Made by a program: the position numbers and the translations under genes
DNA from: Nitrospirales bacterium
Lineage (GTDB): Bacteria; Nitrospirota; Nitrospiria; Nitrospirales; UBA8639
DNA: 64,000 bases
Assembly: GCA_965203295.1 (NCBI GenBank)
Contig: CBDBCZ010000012.1
Coordinates: 256,001 to 320,000, forward strand
Direction of reading: 5' to 3'
The notes under the pieces: generated by a model
Database searches by the model: none
Told to the model about the DNA's origin: nothing
The model's input: only the letters and a program-made list of their open reading frames with translations
Shown here: piece after piece, positions 47,922 to 59,600 of the stretch
How the letters are laid out: the number at the start of each line of letters is the position of its first letter
Numbering within the stretch: position 1 is the first letter of the stretch

Positions 47922-48899
47922 TTAAGTGTATACTTTGCTGTCCGATATCCAGCCTTGACAGTCCTCTGGGGTGATGCATGAAAATGCAACAAGAATGTGG
48001 GACTCTAAGTCATCCTGGCAAGTTATCTCCATGTTCTTTAGCTGTGACTTGACTTTTGAAAAGCATTCCTCGATAGGATTTAAGTCAGGAGAGTAGGGGG
48101 GAAGATAGTGTACTAGTGCACCAACCTGAGTGATTATTGATGCAACCCCTTGCACATGGTGAACTGAGCAATTATCACTATACTATTTGGGTTCATGCCA
48201 TCAAAGGGCATCAAGGTTGGAAGTACGTCTCTCTGGACAAAGTCAAGGAACTCCTCACCATCAACAGTACCCCTTACAACTTTCAAAGCCTGAATTCCTT
48301 CACTAGTCATAGCTGATATTGCAGACAATCTCTCCTCCTCGCATCAGTAACTTGCAAGATCTTGGCGGCTTTCCTCGAAGACTATAGCCATATTTCCTCA
48401 AAGCATCTCTACAATCAGATCCCGTCTCATCTACAAACACTAACATGTTTGGCCTGTACAGAGATACATCTATAGCAAATTGTTCACGAAGCTCTCTGTC
48501 ACACTGCTTTGCCACCATCTGCATTTTTTGGCGGGTGAAATTTGAGGAGTGCAGAAAAACACACAGGAAAGAGACACTGACTTCCACACCAGTAAGGACA
48601 TATACCTCCGTCTGAATTTCCCTCAAGTATATTCCTGGGTACTGAAGTACCGTGTGGAGAATGGTTAGCTGAACAGGCATGCTGAGCTTTTTGTTTGGCC
48701 TGGAATTTTTGGGATAAGGCCTTTTCTCCACACTTCCAGTATCTCGAAAGAGGCGAACAACTCGACTTACAGTGGAGGGATCGACACCTAAGTTGCTAGC
48801 AACAGTTTTCAAGTTGAGTCCCAACGCCTCCCTTTGCCAAACCATTCTCCATCTGAGATCTTCGCTATAAGCACTAGTTTTTCTTGAACTGATCGACAT
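47922..48899 (-). pseudogene. IS630/Tc1-like DD34E transposase with two frameshifts
   Basis: N-terminal HTH (KTVASNLGVDPSTVSRVV), VFVDETG, DNCSVHH and LPPYSPDLNPIEE, with 34 residues between the second D and E. Frameshifts near 48335 and 48178. Confidence 0.93.
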
Positions 48900-50152
48900 A
48901 GCAAACGCTGCGGACGGTCTTGGATTTCGCGCGTGGCAACTTTCAAATTTAACAACTGCTGCGCATGCCCGGAACGCGTGCAATAATACGCTTGCAAGAT
49001 TCCCCAAATTTCCTGTACCGCGAGGCTATCGCATCAATTATCGGACGAGCATGCGCATAACCTTTTGCACTTTGCCAGACGGCAAATTTACACAATAAGT
49101 AGATGGAACACCTACCTAATTGAAGAGACGGGTTCATGAGCCCTGAGATGTGCACTAGCACCAAAGGTAATATAAAAGACTTGTTATTGCTACTAGAAGT
49201 CCGGTTCAAAGACCTCCGGGTGCCATAAGACTCAGATGATAGAACATATAGATACCATGTACTATCGCATGATATCTGCAAGGGATAGCTTTGAATAATT
49301 GAGGTAATCTGGGTACCATTGCAAATATCAGGCAGGACTGGTTTTGGAAGACTGATCTCAGAGCTGGAGGTAAGGGTCTATATGTAGCGTCTACACAACC
49401 CTCCCCCCCCCCCCCCCCCAATGTACTAGAATTTGTATTACTGTAAGTTGGAGAACACTTGTTAAACAGAACCAATACAATTTGAGCAAAACCAGTCACC
49501 AGCTGGCTCCTGCACAATGCCAGCACACTGAAAGTGTAGCCACTCCATATAGGAAGTGCACTCCACCCACTGCCCATCACTGTGTGTGCCACACTCTGCA
49601 CAAGCAACTGAAAAAATGGAGATAAATACAGGTAAAATACATGTAGTTCACATAAACAGACAAGTATGGGGAGACCCTCCAGCAACAACACGACCACCAA
49701 AATCCATGTGGACTTAGTGCACTAATTATGCGCATGTGTGAACAGTGGATACCCGGCACATTTTTCCCGCCTTCAATGCGCCTGGGTACGAGGCTATGTA
49801 GAATACTGCAGAACTATGCATGAGTAACAGATATTTATAACTAAACACAAAGTTAATAAAGTAGTAATACATGTACTAAGTTCTTGTTGCCATGATTATT
49901 TTGTCACACAATGTGCATCTAAAAATGCCTGCAACACCTATGGCCGTTTCAGTTTAGTGAAAGCCTTAAGTACCATTAGGTAGAGCACTACGAGGCTAGC
50001 TAGTGGACCTGGGCAATAAAACAGTCTTGGGTAGGTTAATTAATTAATTAATTCACTTTTTTGCCGTACATTAACGTTTACTATTTTATTTGCACAGTAA
50101 TTAGAGCATTACACAAGGGTCACTTCTGTTCATTAATGTCAACCAACTACTT

Positions 50153-51800
50153 ACCATCGTCACCGGATAGGTCCAATAGCGGAGTTGCGCCTGCTCCAGT
50201 CACTGACCGTTCTTGAGCAACAGGCATACCTACACAAAGGCGAAGTTTGGTAGTTTACTGTCTTGTATAGAAGACTATTAACATGTCACTATGTAACATT
50301 TGTGCATGTGTACTACATTACTATTAAACATTTAATCTGAATTTACCTGGACACTCAAAGACATCTCACCTGTGCGACTGGAGGCTTGGACAACGGACTC
50401 CGACTCCTCCTCCAAGGAGGAATCTAGGACTGGACGCACTCACTTCGCAGCTCTTCCGGCGGTCGAAACTCCTGCACGAGAGTAACCACTAGCAATATGT
50501 CATGGATACAAAGACACATGGGCACAAACCTCGCCCTTACCTGCTGAACTCTTCTGCTTGGACTTAATGGAAGTCTTTTCGCTGGCTACAGTGGATGGGA
50601 TTTACCATTATTACCCCACCGTATTGCTCCTCATCAGATTTACAGTACCTGCCACTCCAGAGTCGTCCATCCTCGGCCTCCCTGTTCCAAGCACACGTGA
50701 TGTCGATCTCAGTTCAGCTTTCTTCTTGGTAATGTCTACGTGAAAAGCAAAAGATAGCCAGGTTTGTGATGGCAATTGCATTTTACACTCTTAAAGACAG
50801 CTTACCTGGGCAGCTGGTTGTCGGGGCAAGAGCCTGCTCCTCACCACTAGAGAGCTCACTAGTTCCACTCACCCCAGTTGCCGACCTTCCTCGAGTAAGT
50901 GGCACGCCTACATAGGACACACAAGTTCAATCGTTGCTTCCACAGATTCCAGTTCAACTCACTATTGCATGTACCTCTGCTTACCATGCTTACTAGCGGC
51001 TGTGGCTTTTGCTGTGGACTGTGGACCAAGTATCTTCCGGCTACCTAATCTCCCATGAAATGGCAAATAGAGGACCTAACGTGAATTTACCATCACACAC
51101 TTACACACTCAAAGACATCTCACCTGTGCGACTGGAGGCTTGGACAACGGACTCCGACTCCTCCTCCAAGGAGGAATCTAGGACTGGACGCACTCGCTTC
51201 GCAGCTCTTTCGGCGGTCGAAACTCCTGCACGAGAGTAACCACATAGCAATATGTCATGGATACAAAGACACATGGGCACAAAACTCGCGCTTACCTGCT
51301 GTACTCCTCTGCTTGGGCTTAATGGAAGTCTTTTCACTGGCTACAGCGGATGGGATTTACCATTATTATCCCACCGTATTGCTCCTCATCAAATTTACAA
51401 TACCTGCCACTCCAGAGTCGTCCATCCTCGGCCTCCCTGTTTCAAGCGCACGTGATGTCGACCTCAGTTCAGCTTTCTTCTTGGTAATGTCTACGTGAAA
51501 AGCAAGAGATAGCCAGGTTTCTGATGGCAGTTGCATTTTACACTCTTAAAGACAGCTTACCTGGGCAGCTGGTTGTCGGGGCAACAGCCTGCTCCTCACC
51601 ACTAGAGAGCTCACTAGTTCCACTCGCCCCAGTTGCCGACCTTCCTCGAGTAAGTGGCACGCCTACATAGGACACACAAGTTCAATCGTTACTTCCACAG
51701 ATTCCAGTTCAACTCACTACTGCATGTACCTCTGCTTACCATGCTTACTAGCGGCTGTGGCTTTTGCTGTGGACTTTGGACCAAGTATCTTCCGGCTACC
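50153..51800 (-). pseudogene. Spliced low-complexity (Ser/Thr/Glu-rich) gene fragment of unknown family
   Basis: Series of short AG...GT(A/G)AG-bounded exons, mostly phase 1, e.g. ~50153-50228 (MPVAQERSVTG), ~50806-50910 (VPLTRGRSATG), ~51124-51237 (RAAKRVRPVLDSSLEEESE). One exon type has stops. Confidence 0.5.
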
Positions 51801-51814
51801 TAATCTCGCATGAA
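50351..51814. repeat. ~710-bp direct repeat (50351-51059 / 51105-51814)
   Basis: Two highly similar copies separated by ~45 bp. Confidence 0.92.
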
Positions 51815-51990
51815 GTTAAGATTGGTGCCAAAAACATTGAGTGTTAGGAAATTGGTACCAGCAAGAAAGGCGAGCTTAGCACTCCACTGTTTCTTGCAGT
51901 GTTTCAGTGCTTGAAGAGCATCACACTTTGCACATATACCCAGCTGTTCAGTTGTGGGGGTGATTTGAGACTTGCAGACTGACAAGGCAA
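51815..51990 (-). pseudogene. RPA/OB-fold-like fragment of the Helentron (also ~11170-11450)
   Basis: SVCKSQI...GICAKCDALQ...WSAKLAF...LTLNVFG resembles the RPA70 C-terminal zinc-ribbon OB fold. Motif recognition only. Confidence 0.5.
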
Positions 51991-52054
51991 GCTATAAAAG
52001 TATGTGTCTAGTGACAGAACAGCTGCAATCTCAACACCAGTTAGCGGTCACCAA

Positions 52055-52252
52055 ATTATGCGAGCCACGGTCACAGGTGCTGAAGGACGTGTATGCTGCT
52101 GTTGTGAATGATGATGATAAGTCGTTGAAGGCCTTTCAGAAGCTCCCGATAAACACCACTGCAGAGAGGGATTACTCTGCACAGGAGACATGCCACCTTC
52201 TCCTCCAGCTACCAATGTTCATGTCGCGGCATTGCGGGACTTCATCATCCTT
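52055..52252 (+). pseudogene. Helitron/Helentron Rep-helicase fragment, inverted relative to the element (also 11520-11712)
   Basis: CEPRSQVLKDVY...KSLKAFQKLPINTTAERDYSAQETCHLLLQLPMF matches the RDxSAQExxHLLL motif of Helitron-like Rep/PIF1 proteins. Confidence 0.7.
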
Positions 52253-52452
52253 TGTCCTTGCGCTGCTGCCCTGCGTTCTCGCCAGCGTACATGTAAGCTT
52301 GGTCTCTGCCTTCGCCGTGCTCGCTCGTTCTCTAGCCTTCTCTCCTTCTCCACAGGGGTTCCGGCCGCTCTCCTTTCTCTGTAGCGCTGTCTGCGCCGCT
52401 CCAATGTCCGCTGTCTACACAAGTCACTCATTCTCTCTCTCCGGAGTGCACG

Positions 52453-52508
52453 AAGTCTCGCGGGCCAGACTAACTTTTTGCGAAAAGTTACTCTGGGCCG
52501 CGAGACTA
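52453..52508. mobile_element. 56-bp hairpin MITE (AGTCTCGCGG...CCGCGAGACTA) with 9-bp TSD
   Basis: Flanks GAGTGCACG and CAGTGCACG. Empty site in unit 1 near 11880. Confidence 0.8.
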
Positions 52509-52775
52509 CAGTGCACGCACGTGGTAAATGGGGGTAACTTCGGACGCGCTTTTTATAGGGGGTAACTTCGGACACTCGCTAGGAAACGATGCACAATGCT
52601 GCGTGCTGTATATCGCACATCGGCCTAGCGAGTGTCGGAAGTTACCCACGTGTCCGTTGGAGAATAATTGCCGCTGAAACGCGCGCCAACAGTTGTTGAA
52701 ACAGGCATATGCATGCCAACGTTTTTACGGAATAGACCATGCACGGACGCGCACGCACGCACAGGTCTGCAGGAA

Positions 52776-52811
<36 letters not shown>

Positions 52812-54443
52812 CTCACTCACGCTCGCCCCAAAAGGGTAAGTAATTGTAAAAATACAACAAATAAAATAATAATAAAAAAGAACAGAACAGTTAAACATGT
52901 GACGACAGCTTCATCACATGTAAATAGTCACAAAGCGAAGTCTCATCCACTTGAATCTTGACTTCCTGCGTCTAAAACAATCTTATGCTATTGATCGATT
53001 AGTACACTCAAATACGTATGCATATCCTATTTGTAGAATCTGAATGCCAGAGCTCAGTATGTACCGGTATATCAACTTACAATTGTATACGCATTAAAGT
53101 AATAGCAGGATGATTATTGTTTTTGAAAGCACTGACAGGCTCATGCAGTAGCACTGTGACTTACTCTCTTCTTGTACAGCCTGGTATTTTTCTGCTGTGA
53201 CTTTGCCTTCTGGCTTCCTACCCTGGGAGGTGAAACAATGTATGAAGCCGGTGATGTAACGAAGAAAAACATAAATACTTGGCCATCATTGCCTCTACCA
53301 AGTGTCAGCTCTAGACTCTACTGCAAGCTCTATATGTATGCCACATCTCACAGTGACCTAATGCACTAGCTGTCACCATAGTCACTGTTGATTCCAGAGA
53401 CATTTATGCTTGCTTAACACAAAGAGGTACACAAGCAGTAAATCCTTATTGGTCCCTCCCTCTATCTGTACATGATTGCAGCCATTCATGCCTTTCATTC
53501 TCCTTGAAATATCCTCAGAAATGTGTGGCCTAACCAGAAATAGAATTTGTGATAAAGCCTAATTTTCAAACCATAAACTAAACAACTACTCAACCAAGGG
53601 AACCAAACTTTCAACCACTGCTCAAACTACACAGATGTATCACTATTATTCATCCAATCAGTGGAAATGTACTTAAACATTTGTGTATGTATTTTTACCT
53701 TTCCTTTAAAGCTGTGCAGCAGTTTTATCAAAGAAAACACTGATGTACATGGACTTATTACTGAAAATAATGACAGTCTCGCGTCTTCGAGGCGACAAAG
53801 ACTAGTTATCTAGTTTTTGATCCCCCCCCCCCCACACACACTCTATTTAAAAGTTAGGTATGCATTACATAAAAGTGTGCCAGAGACAGGACACATAGCT
53901 AACAGTTGCAAAAATTACTGCCTATCTGTGATGGTAGGGAAAATGGAGAAAAGGTGATAATGCATGACAAAGCGGTGAGGTGGTGTGATGGTAAGATTAA
54001 GATTATGATAAGGATAATACTGGAGTGTGGTATTGGCAGGGGAGATAAACGGGGAGAGTGTTACAAACGATGTTCGGAAATCAAGGAATTGGTATAGATG
54101 GTTGAAATGAGGTGATTGAAAGGGCTAATTAAGATTTTCATGAAAACAGGACAGAGTTTTTGGACATTTTTTGGCAGGATCTTCAAATGGTAGTCGTAAG
54201 GGTATATAGCTTCTTTGAGGAGTACTCCAGGTTCATGTGCAACCAGCACTAAGGAAAATTTGGAAGTATTATGTGAGCATTATGAAAGGCTGGGTACAGC
54301 ATCCGTAGATGATCAGTTTGATGGTAACTGGAAAGAGCATGTAGAGCAGAAAGTGACAGAGTATAGGGAAATGTCTAGACTACAGAAGGTTAAGGTTTTG
54401 GACAGGGGAATTATTTTACAGAAATTTAACTAAAACCCTAAAG

Positions 54444-54802
54444 AACTAGAAGTCTCTAGCAGAGACATACCGATTGCCAATACGAACACGTGACCAGAGT
54501 CCATATATACCCGGCCCCCATTGTATTCTAGTTGTGACCGTATTAAAAAGGCAGAATGTACCATTGTTAAATAAGAAAAAGCTGGAGATGCAGCGTATGG
54601 AACCACTTTGGCGACTATCAGGTACACACCCGGACATTTTTTTTTAGATTTCAATGTTGCTGTTGTGTTTAGCAATCGCTTAACCCTGTATATCGCGAGA
54701 TAGCCCGATTTTTGGGTGGACAGACAACGAACAAACGAACGGACGGACGGACAGACAGAACAAATCACTTAACCCTGCCGCCGCCTACGCACCACGGGGT
54801 AA
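54444..54802 (-). mobile_element. DINE-1/HINE-like element nested in old LINE (copy 4)
   Basis: Same structure and site as the other copies. Confidence 0.75.
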
Positions 54803-56633
54803 TAATAATACAGGAGGTAATGATGGGTTAGTTGTGGAGCTTTTTAGGTACAGTGGCAAAGGAGTAGCTACATGTAGTCTGTTGAAAGTCTTATATGCAG
54901 TAGTTTGGACAGAGGAGAGTGTTCCTAAACAACAAGGACAAGTGTTAACTTTTAGCTTGTATAAGAAAGGTGATACTGAGGACCTGGGTATTTACAGAGG
55001 CATTTCATTATTAAATGTCGGAGGAAAACTGTTCTAAACAATCGCATAGTAATCACATTAGAATGAGAAAGAGCTCTTCATGAAGATTCAGAGAGAAAAC
55101 GAGTCGTGTTGATAGAATCTTTGCTTTCAATGAAATCATACCAGGTAGAATGTGGAACACTTATGCTTCTTTCTTAGATGTTCAGAAGTATGTAACACAG
55201 TTTGACATGATGGCTTATAGTTTAAGCTATGGGAAATTGGTGTTAGGGGCAGGATGAGGCGAGCTATTAAGGATATCACACAGAGTGCTGTTTTACTGGA
55301 GGCAGAAATATCTGATATAGGTCAGGGGGTGGCACAGGGTTGTAGTATGTCACCTATCCTCTTATCTAACTTTATTAATCAGTTGTTAGATGAGGTTGAG
55401 AAGGCTGTGATTGGCATTAATATTAAGAAGGATGTTCAGGTTGGGGGTCTAATGTTTGCCGAAAGATTTTGTAGGTTTAACTACTAACGTTGAGGACTTA
55501 CAAACATTGATTAATACAGTACAGGGGTTTTGTAATAAATGGAGGTTGAAATCTGACATAAAAAAGAGTGCTATTATAGTATTTTCTAAAGAGGTTGATA
55601 CAGGCACATGTACATGGAAGTGGGGAGATAAAAACATTCCAGAGGTTTTAAGTTACTGTTACTTGGGCGCTGAATTTTGCAAGTAATGGTTCACGGATAG
55701 TTATGTACAGAAGGTAATTAATAGTGGAAAGCAAAATCTACATTTAGTAACAGTAATATCAGCACAGTTACAAGAAAAATACCTATTGTTAGTTTCAGAA
55801 CTTCACCCTGCTTTAGAATATGGTAGTGAAGTGTGCATGGGCTTGTTATACATGGCAGACAGTTTCCTTGGAATTTATTCAGCTACGTAGGAGCAGCTAA
55901 AAATATATTTGGCTGCTCTTCTAAAACGCGTAATGAAGCATTAAGGGGGGTTAGAATCTTTTGAAAGGCAGGAGGCATAGGTGCAAACTTAAGTGGTGTT
56001 ATAAAGTCAGTAATTTGCATGATGAGAGATATCATAGCTTACTAGACAGTGAATGGTAAGTGAAATCGTGCAGAGGTAGGCAGAGGATGACTTGGACGAA
56101 AGTAGGTAGTAAATTGTTGGTGCAGTCATTAAATCTAGAGAGTCAGGATATAATTATTTGCTGAAGATTACAAAATAATGGAAATTAACAAAGTTTTCTA
56201 AGCTCCCACCGAACAAATCGTCTAATTCTCTCACGAAAATATTTCTAGTGGTATCTTACATAGGACACTCCCAGAGCACATGTACTACACTCTCACATTG
56301 TGTCTCACACAACTTACACTGCCTATAATAATTTTTACCCCTATGTCTTCCTAACTTTTTATTCCGAGGGTTAGTTCTTGAACCAAAACTTAAACATCAA
56401 TCATGTTCCTGCATCCCCAACCCCTGCAAGTAATTCTTAAATTCTATTTCTTTACAAAAAGACTTGTAGAGCCTCAGCCATCATACGTATATACTCTCTA
56501 TATCTCAACACTTCATCTACTCTCTCTAGGAACAAATGTATATTTAAGAGAACAGGCTTTGTTTTAGGGTGTGAGAATTGCGACAGGTATGATTTTAAGG
56601 GTGTATTAAGACTAGTTAAGAGTTTTGCATTAT

Positions 56634-59600
56634 GATTTAGGTCTAGGGAGCTTGGTAAGAGGGACAGTAGCTTGGGAGGGAGATCATGTCAGGCTTATTC
56701 TCGCACCCAAGGATAGCAGGGGTGTTAGTGTTGGGGTGGTTAGAGAGATTTCTAGCTGTTTAAGGAAGATAGGCTGTAGATGTGTTTTGGATGAGTCAGT
56801 AAAACGGGAGTTCATGCCTCCACAGTGGAAGTGTTCAAATAGGTTTTGTGGGTTACAGTCTGGTATAGAAGGTACTGCTGATTTGGAGGAGGATGTTGAA
56901 GAGTGTAGTGAAGGGCATAGGAATTCTGTTGTAGATATGAACAAGATTCGAAGCCAGGCTAGTGTAGCTGAGAGGGGAGAACGGAAAGTTCGAGTAGCCA
57001 CCTGGAATTTTTCTGGTATCTGTAGCCAGCGTAAACAGAAGGAGGTTGCTGGGGTCCTAGTGAAAAACAACATAGATGTTTGTGCAGGCCAGGAGTCATG
57101 GGAAAAGGAGGAATCCAAAATTTCTGTAGATGGGTACAAATGGTTCGGGAAGCCTAGGCAAGGTTCTTCTGGGAGTAAGAGAGGAGAGGGAGGAGTGGGA
57201 TTCTTGGTAAAAGAGTGCTTAGCCAGTGGAGTAGAGCTTATTAAGGATGTGAATTATGAAGAAAGCATGTGGATTAAAGTGAAAGGAGAGAGAGGCAGGA
57301 ATACTTTGTTTTTGGGTTGTGTTTATATGCCTACAGATAGTGAAAATGTTTCCGTTATTGAAAGTAGTTACAGTGCATTGAAAGAGGATGTGCTTCGTAT
57401 GAAGGAGAGGGGTCAGGTTGTGCTTTTAGGAGATTTTAATGCCAGAGTGGGAAAATCTTCCGAATTAGATGATGTAATAGGTATGTTTGGTGAAGGAAAA
57501 TGTAATGCGAGTGGTAACAGGTTGATTTCCTTTTTAAATGAGGTTGAGCTTGTAGTCTGTAATGGTCATGAGTTCACTGTGGAACCGCAGTGGACTAGAG
57601 CTAGACCTTCTCTGAAGCAGAAGTCTATCATTGATTATATAGTTACTGATTCCAACTTGTTGCAGGTTTCAGGGAGTGTGCAGGTAGATGCAGTGGATAT
57701 AGGAAAATCGGATCATTTTCTGGTATGGATGGAATTGGGTAGGACTGTAAAAACCACTAAACAACAGAAGCGGGTGATTAAGAAATGGTGCATTGAGCGG
57801 TTTCAGGACGAGGAAGTGCGACAGAAGTATCAGGAAGCCTTAAGTGAAGAAGTAGATGGGTTTCAAGGAAGGGTACGCCAATGGAAAACTGAGGGGTTGA
57901 GGGGATCAGAATTAGTGAAGGCAGTGGTTCAGGATTGGGAGACAGTCAAGAGGGTAGCATCAAAAGAATTTGGGGAAAAGGTGATAGTGTGTGGCAAAGC
58001 GGCGAGGTGGTGGGATGCTGAGATTAAAGAGAAGATTAGGTTGAGGAGACAGGTTTTTAAGGAGATTAGTAGTGGCAGGGAAGATAAATGGGGGGAGTAT
58101 TACAAATTTCGTTCAGAAATCAAGGAATTGGTATGCAAGAAAAAATTAGATAGTTGGAATGAGGTGATTGAAAAGGCTAATAAAGATTTTTATGAAAACA
58201 GGAAAGAGTTCTGGGCATTTGTTGGCAGGACTTCAAAAGGTAGTCGTAAGGGTATTGCTTCTTTGAAGAGTACTTCGGGTTCATGTGTAACCAGTACTAA
58301 GGGAAAGTTGGAAGTATTACGTGAGCATTATGAAAGGTTGGGTACAGCATCTGTGGATGATCAGTTTGATGATAGTTGGAAAGAGCATATAGAAAAGAAA
58401 GTGACAGAGTATAGTGAAATATCTAGTTTGCAGAAGGATAAGGTTTTGGATCGAGGGATTAGTTATGCAGAAATTAAAAAGTGTTCTAACAGCCTAAAGA
58501 ATAATAAAACAGGAGGTAATGATGGGCTGGTTGGGGAGCTTTTTAAGTATGGTGGCAAAGGAATGGCTAATTTGTTGAAAGTCTTGTATGGGGAAGTTTG
58601 GACAGAGGAGAGTATTCCTAAACAATGGAGACAAGGGTTAATTGTTAGCTTGTATAAAAAAGGTGATGCTGAGGACCCGGGTAATTACAGGGGCATTACA
58701 CTATTGAATGTGGTAGGAAAGCTGTTTTGCAAGATTCTAAATAATCGCTTAGTAAGCAGATTAGAAGCAGAAAGGGCTCTTCATGAGGGTCAGGCAGGAT
58801 TTAGAGAGAAAAGGAGTTGTGTTGATAACATCTTTACTCTAAATGAAATTGTACAAGGTAGAATGAGGGAAGGAAAGCACACTTACGCTTTTTTCTTAGA
58901 TGTTCAGAAAGCATTTGACACAGTTTGGAATGATGGTTTATGGTTTAAGTTATGGGAACTTGGGATTAGGGGTAGGATGTGGAGAGTTATTAAGAATATG
59001 TATGACATCACACAGAGTGCTGTTTTACTGGAGGGAGAAGTATCTGAGCAATTCAATATAGGTCAGGGGGTGGCACAGGGTTGTAGTATGTCGCCTATCC
59101 TCTTTTCCATTTTTACTAATCAGTTGTTAGATGAGGTTGAGAAGGCTGGGATTGGCATTACTGTTAAGAAGGATGTTAAGGTTGGGGGTCTGATGTTTGC
59201 TGATGATTTTGTAGGTTTAACTACTAATGCTGAGGACTTACAAACCTTGATTAATATAGTGCAGGGGTTTTGTAATAAATGGAGGTTGAAATCTAATATA
59301 AAAAAGAGTGCTGTTATGGTATTTTCTAAAGAGGTTAATACAGGTGCATGTACATGGAAGTGGGGGAGATAAAGACATTCCTGAGGTTGTAAGTTACTGT
59401 TATTTGGGGATTGAATTTGCTAAGAATGGTTCATGGGATAGTCATGTACAGAAGGTAATAAATAATGGAAAGAAAAAACTGAATCAATTACATAGGTTTT
59501 TAAGTAATAGGAATATCAGTACAGTTGCAAGAAGATTATTGTTAGTTTCGGTACTTCGCCCTACTTTAGAATATGGTAGTGAAGTATGGGCTTGTAATAA

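Larger units (their letters stand above)
46530..49015. mobile_element. Two-gene IS630/Tc1/mariner-superfamily DNA transposon, 2486 bp
   Basis: 24-bp TIRs CAGGAAATTTGGGGAAT(T/C)TTGCAA (46530-46553 and 48992-49015, one mismatch), TA on both sides, enclosing a transposase and a convergent second gene. Confidence 0.92.

Noticed and set aside
49100..49700. ORFs 48949-49281 and 49206-49700 as genes
   Set aside because: No recognisable motifs. One crosses the transposon TIR and the other crosses a poly-C run.
53158..53168. TGACTTACTCT as the right TIR for the block starting at 46164
   Set aside because: Only 11 bp, outside the Helentron, and better explained as a minus-strand GTAAGT splice donor in unit sequence.
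56625..59372. RT as a retron, DGR, group II intron or telomerase
   Set aside because: N-terminal APE domain, CCHC tail, TSDs and 5'-truncated relatives identify an ordinary non-LTR retrotransposon. The ORF-track start at 56625 lies outside the insertion.
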